Part shown: piece after piece, positions 48,713-62,432 of the stretch | Position numbering within the stretch: position 1 is the stretch's first letter | Layout of the letters: the number at the start of each line of letters is the position of its first letter | Notes under the pieces: model-generated | Told to the model about the DNA's origin: nothing | What the model saw: the letters and a program-made list of their open reading frames with translations, nothing else | Database searches by the model: none | Made by a program: the position numbers and the translations under genes | From: Octopus bimaculoides | Taxonomy: Eukaryota | Length of the DNA: 64,000 nucleotides | Direction: 5' to 3' | Assembly (NCBI RefSeq): GCF_001194135.2 | Contig: NC_068986.1 | Span: 81,403,967 to 81,467,966 of the forward strand

Positions 48713-49405
48713 TTACATCAAATACAGAATAGACTAACACATCAGAAGGTGATAAGTGCAGAATTTGTGGACAAAATGGTGAAGCCATATGGCATATTAC
48801 CAGTCAATGTACACCTCTAGCCCAGAAAGAATATAAGAGACGACATAGCAATATAGCAAGGTTTGTCCATTGGACACTTTGCAACAATTATGGACTTGAC
48901 AGAGCAAAAATGTGGTATGGACATAAAACCTGAAGGCGTCATCGAAAATGATAATGCAAAGATCCTATGGGATTTTATGATTCAGTGCAACCACGAGATA
49001 GAAAATAGGAAACCAGACATAGTCTTAATTGAGAAAGAAAGCAAATGATGCTGGATCATAGATATAGCATGCCCAGCTGACAACAAGGTATGCGATAAGG
49101 AAGACAGAAAAGTCGATAGATATAACAGGTTAGCTTAGGAGGTTAAGCAGTTGTGGTCACTGAAGAGGTGGTAGTAGTACAATGATTGTCGGCGCACTGG
49201 GAACAGTGAGTAAAAATCTTGAGAAGCGACTGGAACAAATATGAGCTACAATATGGGTGGAGCACTTGCAGAAAACAGCACTGCTTGGAACCGCTTGAAT
49301 ACTCTGAATGGTGCTTGAAAATAAGGGATGTTACCTTAGTCCACTGGTAGTAAACAGCTGACACTGTAGTACATCTCCAGCGTTAGAAGCTGTGCAAAGA
49401 CAATA
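48713..49405 (+). mobile_element. 5'-truncated R4/Dong-clade non-LTR retrotransposon (CCHC knuckle plus restriction-like endonuclease)
   Basis: CRICG..GEAIWHITSQC, KRRH.NIAR.VHW, KILWDF.IQ..HEIENRKPDIVLI, IIDIACP.D, IVGALG; flanked by (CAT)n and (AAT/GAT)n. Confidence 0.85.
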
Positions 49406-49467
49406 AAATAACAATAATAATGATGATTATGATAATAATGATGATGATGATAATAACAATAATAATA

Positions 49468-49930
49468 TTTTCTTCATTGGCCACAAGGGTTGAACACAAA
49501 GCAAAAGGGATAATACAATGCAAGGGACACTACAACAAAAGGGACAAGTGGGGGCTCAAATGAATATTCGTATGTAAAATAAAATAAAACAATAACAATT
49601 AACATCAAAATATTAACAATAAAATTCTCCAAAAGATGGGGAATTCCTCTCAGAGCCAACCAAGGAACCCCACACATCCTTGCTCCTTTTCAACCGCTCC
49701 AGTTTACAAGCATGTGTTCAGAGTGTGCCCATTCACAAGAGTCAGCCTTGCTACATTCATCCAACTTTCAACGAAAATACTGTCTGACATATTAAAATAA
49801 AGCTTGAAGGGCAGGCCATCCAGCCCTGGCAACTTCCATGTGCAGCTAGTCATCACATTCCATATATCTTCAGCTGTTGTTGGAATTTTATAGGATTCCA
49901 CATCCCTGGCTGAAAGGTGCAGCACACAGC
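49468..49930 (-). mobile_element. Internally deleted L1/Tx1-like LINE fragment with 3' UTR
   Basis: KLPGLDGLPFKLY (pre-RT motif) fused to a C-terminal FVESWMNVAR segment; ends in (ATT)n. Confidence 0.6.
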
Positions 49931-49949
49931 TGATGTAGGAAGTGAGATA

Positions 49950-51170
49950 ATAATCCTTTCTACTATAGGCACAAGGCCTGAAATTTTGTGGTAAGGGACT
50001 AGTCGATTATATCGACCCCAGTGTTTCACTGGTACTTAATTTATCAACCCTGAAAGAGGAATTTGAACTCAGAATGTAGCGACAGGTGAAATACTGCTAA
50101 GCATTTCATCCGGTGTGCTAACGATTCTTCCAGCTCGCCACCCCTGAGGAAGTGAAATAATAATCTTTTCTACTCTAGGCACAAGGCCCAGAATTTTTGG
50201 GGAGGGTGCCAGTCAATTAGATTGACCCCAGTATGCAACTGGTACTTAATTTACTGACCCTGAAATTATGAAAAGCAAAGTTGACCTTGGCGGAATTTGA
50301 ACTCAGAATGTAAAGACAGACAAAATACCACTAAGCATTTCACCTGGCGTGCTGACGTTTCTTACTTCTTTATTGCCCACAAGGGGCTAAACATAGAGGG
50401 GACAAACAAGGACAGTCAAAGGGATTAAGTTGATTAATGCGTAACTGGTACTTAATTTATCGACCCCAAAAGGATGAAAGGCAAAGTCTACCTCGGCAGA
50501 ATTTGAACTCAGAACATAACGGCAGACAAAATACCGCTAAGCATTTTGNNNNNNNNNNAAAGGATGAAAGGCAAAGTCTACCTCGGCAGAATTTGAACTC
50601 AGAACATAACGGCAGACAAAATACCGCTAAGCATTTTGTCTGGCGTGCTAACGTTTCTGCCAGCTCGCCACTTTCAGGAAGTGAAATAATAATAATAATT
50701 TGAAGAAGTACCTGAAAATACCTGATTTTCATAAAACTCTTTCAAAACTCAAATATTGCCAATTTAACAGAATCTTAGTTCTCAGATTCTAGTCTCCTTC
50801 TCATGCAATGTACCATTGCTAATTCTACATAATACCCAATGTAAAACGTCCAACTTACAGTTACCTGAGGTCTCTGAGTGAGATCTGGAACAACTTGTAT
50901 GAAACAAAAACAATAGTGTAAATAATAATAATAATAATAATCCTTTCTAACATTTGGTGCAAGGCCTGCAATTTTTAGGAGAGGGTTAGTCAATTTAATT
51001 GATTGCAGTGCTCAACTAGTATTTATTTTATTCATCCCAAAAAGGTGAAAGGCAAAGCTGACCTCAGTGGAATTTGAACTCAGAATATAAAGAGTTGGAA
51101 GAAATGATTCCAAGTATTTTGTCCAATGCACTAATGAATCTGCCACCTCACTGCCTTCATAATAATAATA
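49950..51170 (-). mobile_element. Cluster of four SINE family B copies with (AAT)n tails
   Basis: Same core in reverse orientation; further copies near 9590-9740, 11110-11220, 39000-39120, 45510-45790. Confidence 0.8.
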
Positions 51171-51256
51171 ATAATGGTTTTGTTTATTTTCTACAAGGGC
51201 AAAGGATGAGGGGGACAATACAGAGATAAAATGTGGTGGTTTAAATGTAATAATCA

Positions 51257-51612
51257 TCATCATCATCGTTTAATGTCCGCTTTCCATGCTAGCATGGGTT
51301 GGACGATTTGACTGAGGACTGGTGAAACCAGATGGCTACACCAGGCTCCAATCTGATTTGACAGAGTTTCTACAGCTGGATGCCCTTCCTAATGCCAACT
51401 ACTCTGAGAGTGTAGTGGGTGCTTTTATGTGCCACCGGCACGAAGGCCAGTCAGGCGGTACTGGCAACGGCCACGCTCAAAATGGTGTATTTTATGTGCC
51501 ACCCACACAAGAGCCAGTCCAGTGGCACTGGCAACAATCTCGCTCGAAAGTCCTTACACATGCCACGAGCACAAGTGCCAGAAAGGCGACGCTGGGCACA
51601 GGTGCCATCCCG
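51257..51612 (-). mobile_element. Isolated RTE 3' UTR copy, close match to 60224-60570
   Basis: The reverse complement aligns almost base for base with the post-gap part of the 59267 element. Confidence 0.85.
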
Positions 51613-52274
51613 ATTATAAAAAAAATAATAAATTAAAATTAAAATTTTAAAAAAAAGTATACACAGTATACACTGGAAAAAAAGGAATATATGCATAGCA
51701 TACAAAGGTAAAAAGATTTTTTAAAGAGAGAGGGGATGATAGAGATAATAATAATAATCATAATAATAATAATAATTTACCTTTTTCAATACAAGTCAGC
51801 ATTGCAAGCCAACCTGTATTATGGAATGCTGCCTCAGTTTTTCCAAATGATTACACAACATATCAGTTGTGATTAAAAGTAGGTCAACACATGGGTTTGA
51901 AACCTTCTCTCTGTTATTGCTTCCTTACATATTTTCCCTCCTACACAACTAGGGATTCTGAAATAGTTGTGTTTATTTTGGCCAATGTTTCAGAGAGATA
52001 GATAAATAGATAGATAGAGAGAGGAAGAGGGGAAAGAGAGAGAGAGAAAATAATATTGCCAAAACTACAGATGTTAGTGTTTATGTTAGTATATCTGCTG
52101 ACATTATAGCCACAGGTAGATATGCGAAATAACTTCACTCTAAGATTGTTAGGTAAGGTAGGGCAGTGATGGTTTTATGTGGGTGAAATATTACTGTAGT
52201 TGCGCACCTTCTCCGATTTCAGCAGGAAATATAGTATCTCATACATATGTGTGTGTGTGTATGTATATGTGTAT

Positions 52275-53836
52275 GAAGGCACATGGCTTTGTGGTTAGGG
52301 CATTCAGCTCGTGATTGTGAAGTTGTGAGTTCGATTCCTGGTGGTGCATTGTGTCCTTGAGCATAATATTAGGTTGTCAAGAAAGTTTTTGCAGAACTTT
52401 TAATTTTGGTTTTAAATGATGTATTTTCAAATTAATTTTCATTTTAAAGCCTATTTTTCGCTCTATCTAATCATGTTACTCTTTTTCTTTTTGAATAATT
52501 AGGCCATTTTTTCCAGAACGTTGAATACAACATGGACAAAAAGCAAATTCGCACAATTTTCTTATTCCAGTTCAAGCTAGGCCGAAAAGCTGCTGAAACA
52601 GCTCGCGATATCAATGATGTGTTTGGCCCAGGAACAACTAATAAACTTACAGCACAATAGTGGTTCAAGAAATTTTGTAGCGGTGACGAGAGTCTTGAAG
52701 ATGATAAGCGTAGTGGTCGACCATCAGATGTTGACAGCGATCATCTAAGTGCCTTAGTGGAAGCCAATCCACGCACAACTGTTCAAGAACTTGCTTCTGA
52801 ATTAGACGTAACGTATACGACAACTACCAACCACTTGAAAGAGATTAGAAAAACAAAAATACTTGAGAAATGGGTGCCATGCGAATTGAACGACAACCAA
52901 AAGAAAATGCTGTTTTGAAGTGTTGTCTTCCCTTCTTTTACGCAACAAGTATGGCCTGTTTCTCGACCGGATTGTGACTTGCGATGAAAAGTGGATTCTT
53001 TACGACAACCGGCGACGCTCAGCTCAGTGGTTGGATGCCAACGAAGCTCCACAGCACATCCCAAAGCCAAAGTTGCACCAAAAGAGGTCATGGTGACTGT
53101 TTGGTGGTCTGCGGCCGGTCTCATCCATCACAGCTTTTTGGATCCAGGTGAAATCATTATGGCGGAGAAGTACTGCCAGCAAATGGATGAAATGCATAAG
53201 AAACTCCAACAACAACAGCCAGCATTGGTCAGTAGAAAAGGACCGATTCTTCTCTACGACAATGCTTGACTGCACGTTGTACAACTGATCCTGCAGAAGC
53301 TGAACGAATTGGGCTATGAAACTCTGCCTCATACGCCATACTCACCAGACCTCTCGCCTACTGACTACCACTTTTTCAAGCATCTCGACAACTTCCTGCG
53401 TGAGAAATGCTTCAAAAACCAAGACGATGCCAAACACACCTTCAACAGCTTCATCGCCACTGGAACACAGGATTTTTACGCTACTGGCATAAATAAACTT
53501 GTTTCGCGTTGGCAAAAGTGTGTTGATTCTGATGGTGTTTATTTCGATTAATAAAGTTTTGTTTGAGTCAAGATATATGCATTTGAATTTAAAGGTTAAA
53601 AACCGCAAGAACTTTCATGACAACCTAATACTTAATTTGACATTGCTCCAGTCCACTCAGCTGGCAAAAATGTGCAGTACCTGTAATTCAAAGGGTGTCA
53701 CACTGAATCTTCTTCAGAACTACATTAAGTGTATGTGTGTCTGTGGAGTGCTTAGCCACTTGCACATTAATTTCATGAGCAGGCTGTTCCATTAATTGGA
53801 TGGAACCCTCATTGTCATAACTGACAGAGTGCCAGT
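52275..53836 (+). mobile_element. SINE (family C-related) split by the Hsmar1-like mariner
   Basis: Head at 52275-52366 and body at 53631-53836 join to match the intact relative at 46705-47010. Confidence 0.8.
52369..53628 (+). mobile_element. Full-length (1260 bp) mariner, cecropia/Hsmar1-like; transposase 52532-53551 disrupted
   Basis: TIR TTAGGTTGTCA.GAAAGTT.TTGC at both ends, TA TSDs; MDKKQIR, WVP, DRIVTCDEKWILYDN, YSPDLSPTDYHFF (D,D34D); at least two stops and one frameshift. Confidence 0.95.
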
Positions 53837-54170
53837 GTGTGTGTGTGTGTGGGGGGGGGGAACATGTGTGTGTGTGTGGGGGTGTGCACATGTATGTGTA
53901 TGTATATGTGTGTACATACATACGCGTGTGTGTGTGTGTGCATGAGCATCTAATAGCATGTTTATGTTGCTAATTACATTATTTAATTCTTGTTAGCCCT
54001 CATAATGCAGTCCAATGATCAGAAGCATTCCATCCATGACTACATTACCCAGTATATTGTTTTCTAAGATGGTAGGGAGTGATTTGGAGAAACTGAGTTG
54101 CTATTTCTAGCAGACAGAGTGACTGTATGGAGCAATCATGGACAAACTATGATACACTCACATACACACG

Positions 54171-54206
<36 letters not shown>

Positions 54207-55641
54207 CCCCCCACTCACACCACAAATACCTCACTCCCTACCTCAACACCCACACCCACACACATTCACACATGCATATCACCCACTGAACAGCAACCAG
54301 TTTGTTTCGCCTCTATACTTTCACTTCCGTCTACACCACATCTTACGCTTAGCTTATGTTATTATCCACTTTATATTGTGCCTTTCACAGTAGAAATGTC
54401 TCTATAGCCATGTCAGTTACAAAACAAACTCACTAATAATAGTACCATGATAAAATGCACTCAGTACACACTGGAAAAAAATATTAGTAACTCTAGTTTT
54501 GTAAAGGACATGATAACCTCTCAAGGACTGGTGCCATAGTAAACTGTACCCAGTAAACACTGTGGTTCATTTTAGGAAGGGCATCCAGCTATAGAAATCA
54601 TGTAAATATTGAGATATTGGAGCACAACATGGTTTTCTGCGACATCTAGTAGGGCAGTAGCTCTAAAAAAAAAGAACTAGTTCAGATTGAGATGACCAGT
54701 CCAATTCATGCTGGCATGGAAAACAGACATTAAAACAGAAATGCTGATGATGATGACAGTGGGGATGGTGAATCAACCCATCCTAGCATGGAAAGGGAGT
54801 GTTAAGCAATAATTTTCAATAGTACCTGAGAAGTCAATATAAAGCAAAACAGATATTCACATACTCCAAGTCCCACACATTCTACATTCTATAGATGTGT
54901 GTGACTATGAGATAAGACACATACGCACAAGACATACATATACATACATACACACATACATACATACATACATACATACATACATACATACATGCATGTA
55001 TATGTGTGTGTATGTTTGTCATTTTCACCAGCATTGTTTAATGTTTGTTTTCCATGCTAGCATGGGTTGGACGGTTTGACAGAAGCTGGCCAGCCAGAGA
55101 GATGTCCAGTTGTCGCATGGTTTCGACAGCTGGGTGCCCTTCTAATGCCAGCCACTTTACAGAGTACGCTGAATGCTTTCTACATGCCACTGGCATGGAT
55201 GCCAATTCCAAGGAGCAGAAGACATAATAGTAAAGATACAAAAGACGGACAGAGAAGCATCAGCCAGAGGCTGGAGCAAGTCAGTGAAGGACTTTATATT
55301 AATCAGTCAAGTGACCTTTTTCAGGATACAATCTAGAATGACCAGTAGGCCTTTGGTTAAACTCCATAGTTTATATTTTCCCACTTGAACCAAGAACCAA
55401 AGCAACTAGTTCCATTATCATAACAGCGCAATATAATTTTTTTACATCTTCCTTTCAAGCTGTGATTCATTCTTAACAAAGGTCTATTAAAAGTATACAA
55501 GATTGCATCAGGTGTAACTCATTTATATCAGGAAATAGGCTTAAAGAAATTTTTGATATTTAATCCCCATTCCAAGCTACCAGAAAAAAAAACCCCTGTG
55601 ATCCAGCCAAGGAACATAACTTCACAGTGAGACTATACATG

Positions 55642-55696
<55 letters not shown>

Positions 55697-56266
55697 TGTA
55701 TACATATTTATATATAACCCTTACTGTATTGGTACAGTATTAGTTAATACTTCACTGATAACTTTGTACCATTACATAAATGAGTAGTGCTTGGCACGGA
55801 ATTGTTTAAACTTTAATGAGTATTTACCTACGAGATAAGGTTTCAATTTCAGTATTAAGAATCTAATACACAGAAACAATAAGCACAGGAAATAATGAAT
55901 GTTATAAAAATTTCTAAAGAATGAAATTCACTGAGATTAATAAGAACACAGCATTCTACATGTTTGTTAATGATTTCTATATTTGTGTGCATGTATTTAT
56001 AGATTTATGTGCGTGTGTGTCTGTTTAGAATCTGTACAGTGTGAAGAAGTAAGTAGGCTTTCTGGTAATAACAAACTACATTATTTATGCAAAGTCTTAG
56101 TTTAAAAAAAAACAAAAAAAACATGCCAGATGAGCTGTTTGTTAAAATGCAGTCAGATGAATTCAAGGTATTTCCTGGGTGAGCTTGGCTACTAGTCTGC
56201 TTGATAGACGTATCTTTATTGAACAAGTCACTGTACTCCATGAAAGTACCTGAGCTGCCAGTTAAA

Positions 56267-56347
<81 letters not shown>

Positions 56348-57905
56348 ATGCATGCATATATACACATATGCACATATATATACAGATAAAAATGCATGTA
56401 TGTATATACGTATAAATGTATGACAGACTTCTGCACAGTTTCTATCTACCATTTCCATTTACAAGACATTGGCCAGCCCAAGTGTTATAGTAAAACATGT
56501 TTGCCCAAACTGCCATACAGTGGGACTGAACTCCAAAACTATGTGCTTGCAAAGTGAACTCAGTAACAAACAGCCATACCTGCCCCTGTATATTATCTAA
56601 ATATTGGATTAGAAATAATTATGTGGTAATTAAATATTAGAGACAACATCAGCTCAGTGATTAATATTTTAATAATTTCTACAAATATGGAAGACAACTC
56701 CAACTTTAGTTTTATCAAACCTCATCAGCAAAGCGAGGCATTTTGCACTCACAGAGAATCATTAAGTAAATATATCATATTGTACATGATTGAAGAAATT
56801 AGTCTGGGACACCATCTGCTTATATTTGTCATAGGTAAGTGCAGAGGGTATGAAGAATTAAGGATACTGTCCAGTAACATTATGAGACACCTGCAGTAGA
56901 TTTGAACAAATGACATATGAACTGATTTTTACAATAAAGATTGAATTGTAATTTCTGAGAATATGTTTCTTAATTACTGCTTGTTATATTTGCATTAAAT
57001 GTGTTTATGTAGTTTTAACTATTGTTATTTTGAAATGTTGTGACCTCACAAGAGTCAGTAATCCCTAGCCTAGATATATACAATCGCTTACTGTGTCACT
57101 TCGTGTAGACATATCTTAGAAACTACTATGACCAATTGAAGGTATTAAAGTTACCAAGAACAATATATTTAAGCTATACAAAAGACCACTGTATATGTAT
57201 CATGAATGAAATGTTAGTCCAACCATAAAACAAAGCCAACACAGTATCCAAAACATGGTGTTTTGTTTTAATTTTCTTTTAATTTACTTCTTTATGACAT
57301 TTTTACCGTTTTCTTTCAATTTTATCATCTGTATTGAAGTTGAGACAGCATGACTAGTGCTGTTAAAAAGAAGGATGATTATTTATAAAAAATAAAATTA
57401 AAATTAAAAAAAACAGTATAATTTAAAAACATTCTATAGATGGAATTATCTTTTAAAAATACATTTTTTAAACCTTTTGCTGCTTTTGTCAAATATGTGT
57501 TAAATTAAATATTTGTTACAAATATCAACCGATATAATTTTAGCAAATGATTTAAAAATGAAAATTTAGGTGTTCTTTTATAATCGATTGCAAAATTATC
57601 TTCCTTAGATTTGCTTTATGTGCCATACACAAATGAAATTCCAAGAAACATAATGGTTTACATAATTTAAATACCGTCTTATTTTAATAAATACATAACA
57701 CTTTATAGAAGCACTGAGGTTACAGTTATTAATACTTGATTGTTAAAGCATGCTAATAAAAACAAGGTTCAATCCCATTAAAACCATATACATGGGTTGT
57801 GATACTTCCCTTCAATTGACATACACACACTAACACACGTCTGTGCATGCAGATACATGCACGCATATGTATTCATGTGCACACACTCACCCATACATGC
57901 ATATA

Positions 57906-59194
57906 TTGGGTCATCCCATAAATAATGTAGTCTTTTTATACTTCTTTTATTTTTTAAAATTAAGATAAAAAAAATTTCTTTTTTAATCTAAAAGATACCG
58001 TTCTTCATTTTCTAAAATGCTCTTTCATCTATCTGGTAGACTTGCAAGGCCCCCTCTTCCAAAATTCACTTGTCCGTGACGAAAAATACTCCTCCAGTAC
58101 TGTTCTGACCTCAACTACAGAATTTGTAGTTTTTCCGTCCAACTGATTTTGAATATTGTGAAATAAATGATGATCAAATGAGACAATGTCCAGTGAATAT
58201 GGTGGGTGAGGTGTCATTTCTTATCAAACTGCTCCAGCCCTTAGAATGTCATCCTCGTTGTATGTAGCCAAGCATTATCCTGATGGAAGAACACCTTTCA
58301 TCTTGAAACCAAAGATGGTCGTTTTTCTTCTAGCACTGATTCAAGCCACTCAAGCTGCTCACAGTAGATCTCCTTTGTTATCATTTGGTTTGGATTTAAA
58401 AGTTCAAAGTGGACTAAACCTTTCATATCCCACCAAACAGATAACAACACCTTAAGTGGGTGAAGACCTTTAGTCTGGGATTCTGATGTTTCTCCTTTCC
58501 CTATCCACTGTCTTCAGCAATTGACATTTTTATAGAGAACCTATTTCTCATCACTAGTCACTATTCAGTTCAAAAAAGGTTCATTCATGAGACGTGATGG
58601 TAAAGAAGAGCACACATTCACTCTCTGCATGCGATTAGACTTGGAAAGTATGTGAGGAACCCATTGACCCTATTTGCTGACTTTTCCAATGGCACACAGA
58701 TATTGATGAATGGTTGAATGACCAAATCCAAGCTTCTCTACTAGTTCCTTGACAGTTACGATGGGATTTTGTTCCACCAGGGTTTGCAGGACATCCTCAT
58801 TGAGCTCTACAGATCTTCCAGGACAAGGCTTGTCTTCTTGGCTGTAGTTTCCGGCTCGGAATTTCTGGAACCACCCTTGACACTAGCTTACACTTACTGT
58901 CCAATCCCCACATACTGCATTAATAATCCTCACACTTTCCATTGTGCTGTTGCCTTTATTGAACTCACAAAGCAAAATATGCTGAATATGCTCCTTTGTC
59001 ACTTCCATTATTAGCTTTGAAAAAAATAACGGTTAAAATCAAACAGCACTCTTCAAAACTTGCACTAAGAATAAGGCCAAGGTAAAATTACTACTTGCTT
59101 TTATAGCAAGTTGATGTAGGTAGTTTATCTCATCCACCTCTGACTTTTAGTTTATGCAATTGCAAAAAAATGCATTATTTATAGGATGATATAA
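57906..59194 (-). mobile_element. Full-length degraded mariner of a second subfamily (mellifera-like start); ATG at 59008
   Basis: TIR TT..GTCATCC.ATAAATAATG with TA flanks; MEVTKEHIQHILL, WVPH, IVTSDEK, WWDMKG, QDNA, HPPYS..I...DHHLF; many stops. Confidence 0.88.
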
Positions 59195-59266
59195 TATATA
59201 TATATATATATATACACATGTACAGGAAACCAATAGTAAGAAGCTGACCTAGTGATATATTTGTGT

Positions 59267-60570
59267 ATATATGCTCCGCTGGATGTGTAATGTAAATGTG
59301 CATACCCGTCAGAGTGTAAGTATCTTGAGAGAAAAGCTGAACATAAGAAGCGTCAGTAGTGGTGTGCAAGGGAGACGATTGCGCTGGTTTGGACATGTGG
59401 TGAGAATGAATGAGGATAGCTGCGTGAAAAAGTGCCACTCCCTAACAGTTGAGGGAACCCGTGGAAGAGGTAGGCCCAGGAAGACCTGGGCTGAGGTGGT
59501 GAGGCAAGACCTTCGAACATTGGGCCTCACCGAGGTGATGACTACTGACCGAGACCTTTGGAAANNNNNNNNNNNNNNNNNNNNNNNNNNNNNNNNNNNN
59601 NNNNNNNNNNNNNNNNNNNNNNNNNNNNNNNNNNNNNNNNNNNNNNNNNNNNNNNNNNNNNNNNNNNNNNNNNNNNNNNNNNNNNNNNNNNNNNNNNNNN
59701 NNNNNNNNNNNNNNNNNNNNNNNNNNNNNNNNNNNNNNNNNNNNNNNNNNNNNNNNNNNNNNNNNNNNNNNNNNNNNNNNNNNNNNNNNNNNNNNNNNNN
59801 NNNNNNNNNNNNNNNNNNNNNNNNNNNNNNNNNNNNNNNNNNNNNNNNNNNNNNNNNNNNNNNNNNNNNNNNNNNNNNNNNNNNNNNNNNNNNNNNNNNN
59901 NNNNNNNNNNNNNNNNNNNNNNNNNNNNNNNNNNNNNNNNNNNNNNNNNNNNNNNNNNNNNNNNNNNNNNNNNNNNNNNNNNNNNNNNNNNNNNNNNNNN
60001 NNNNNNNNNNNNNNNNNNNNNNNNNNNNNNNNNNNNNNNNNNNNNNNNNNNNNNNNNNNNNNNNNNNNNNNNNNNNNNNNNNNNNNNNNNNNNNNNNNNN
60101 NNNNNNNNNNNNNNNNNNNNNNNNNNNNNNNNNNNNNNNNNNNNNNNNNNNNNNNNNNNNNNNNNNNNNNNNNNNNNNNNNNNNNNNNNNNNNNNNNNNN
60201 NNNNNNNNNNNNNNNNNNNNNNNGTGCCCAGCGTCGCCTTACTGGCACTTGTGCCCGCAGCATGTGTAAGGACTTTCAAGCGAGATCGTTGCCAGTGCCC
60301 CTGGACTGGCTCTTGTGCGGGTGGCACATAAAATACACCATTTTGAGCGTGGCCGTTGCCAGTACCGCCTGCTGGCCTTCGTGCCGGTGGCACGTAAAAA
60401 GCACCCACTATACTCTCTGAGTGGTTGGCGTTAGGAAGGGCAACCAGCTGTAGAAACTCTGCCAAATCAGATTGGAGCCTGGTGTAGCCTTCGGGCTCCA
60501 CCAGTCCTCAGTCAAATTGTCCAACCCATGCTAGCATGGAAAGCGGATGTTAAACGACGATGATGATGAT
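59267..60570 (+). mobile_element. Young 5'-truncated RTE-clade LINE, interrupted by a 659-N gap
   Basis: MLRWMC...RRLRWFGHVVRM...GRGRPRKTW open frame; well-preserved UTR and (GAT)n tail. Confidence 0.88.
59565..60223. other. Assembly gap (largest); other N-runs at 5398-5489, 15927-15936, 27624-27633, 48217-48615, 50549-50558
   Basis: N characters. Confidence 1.
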
Positions 60571-60935
60571 ATATATCAGGAATGGGAAATATCACCAAAT
60601 ACCTGATGCACAAAAGGGACAGAGATGCAGGAAAAGCAGTAAAATGTGATAACCAATGCAATGTGTGTGTGTGTGTAACTCTCTCTTGCATTTTCTTTAC
60701 TTCTATTTTGCTCTCTCTTCTTTCCTCCAACTATCTATACTACTCTTGATTACTAACTATATATAAACACATCAGCCAAATGTAAATTTTGTATTTCTCA
60801 TTTCTCTTTCTGAAAAATTTCTTACAGGAAGTGTCTTACATGTGTATCTAATACGTAAAATTTTGTAATTCCTGTTAGTAAATGAAGCATGTGTAATGGT
60901 GAATAATAACAAAAAATTTCCAACTCCCTGTTTTG

Positions 60936-60979
<44 letters not shown>

Positions 60980-60984
60980 GCACA

Positions 60985-61575
60985 CAGAGTAATACTTCTA
61001 TTTACAAGGATCCACTTTACAAGACTCCAAGTTTACGAGCTTTATTTTTCGGCTCACTTTTGTATGGTGAGCTGAAATTTTTCAAGCACAAGATCCAAAC
61101 TTTGAATGAAGTGCAAAAGTTTCTGCTATCATAACAAATGCTTCTGCATGTTACTGAGAAATTTATAGAGAATGAAAAAAAGCTTCTTCTAAGCAGACAA
61201 CTCTAGACTTATTTTTTAAAAAGAAATCTACAAGTCTGTCTACAAGTGCTTGTGAATCAGCAATTGCGTCTGAAAGTGGTGGTGTGCGTGAGTCTAGTAT
61301 GAGTAAAAGTGATTCGGAAAACACTTATAATAATAATTTTTTTTTTTTATTACAAACAATCTTGACATTCTTTTTACTTTACATAAAATATTCCTTACAT
61401 TCAACTGTTGTTTTATTGACATCTATTTATGAGTATTACAAATTCTATAGGTAAAATATTTTTCTGGGAGCGAATTACATTGCTACTATGGGAAATTATT
61501 GTTCTGCTTCATAAGTTTTTGCATTTTGAGCAGTCTCTGGGAACAAATTAACTCATATATTGAGGTATTACTCTA
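60985..61575 (+). mobile_element. pogo/Tigger-like non-autonomous element
   Basis: Short TIR AGAGTAATAC.TC; C-terminal remnant QDPN.E.SAKV ... KQTTLDLFFKK typical of Tigger transposases. Confidence 0.6.
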
Positions 61576-62384
61576 TATATATCTGCACACACATGCACAC
61601 ATATATACTCATTTACTCATTTACTTGTTTCAGTCATTTGACTGCGGCCATGCTGGAGCACCGCCTTTAGTCAAGCAAATTGACCCCAGGACTTATTCTT
61701 TGGATGCCTAGTACTTATTTTATCGATCTGTTTTGCCGAACCGCTATAAAAAATTAATATAAACAGCTAGGCACAGTGTAACACCATAAAGGAAAAATTC
61801 AATCATCACTAAGTGTGACTAAGCGTACCAACATACCTACATTGCTAGAAATAAGAGTCAAAATACTTTAATGCTGTAGGAAGAGCACAGACATACATGC
61901 TAACAGGGGAGGCAACCACCCTATACTGACTTAAAAATCCTCAGACTATACATCTAGTTTCATCTATTCTGTAGACATCTTCAGTGAGGACTGTTTGAAC
62001 AGTACATGGTCAGATAATTCTGCCAGATAACATGTTTCAGTCATTTGACTGTGACCAGGCTGGAGCATAGTCTTGTAGGGTTTTAATCGAACAAATTGGC
62101 CTAGTACTTATTCTATCGGTGTCTTTTGCTGAACAGCTAAGTTATGGGGATGTAAACACACCAACACCAGTTGTCATGTGGTAATGAGGGGCTCAAACAC
62201 AGACACAAGGACACACACACATAGATATATACATGTGTGTGTATGACGACAGCCTTCTTTCCATCTACCAAATCTACTCACAAGGCTTTGGTCAGCTCAA
62301 CGCTATTGTTGAAGACTCTTGTCTGAGTGCAACTGAACCCATGGTTGGAAAGCAAGCTTCTTACCACCTAGCCATGCCTGCACC

Positions 62385-62431
<47 letters not shown>

Positions 62432-62432
62432 A

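Noticed and set aside
50468-50638. Exact ~79-bp direct duplication
   Set aside because: The two copies sit on either side of a 10-N gap, the typical pattern of unmerged overlapping contig ends.
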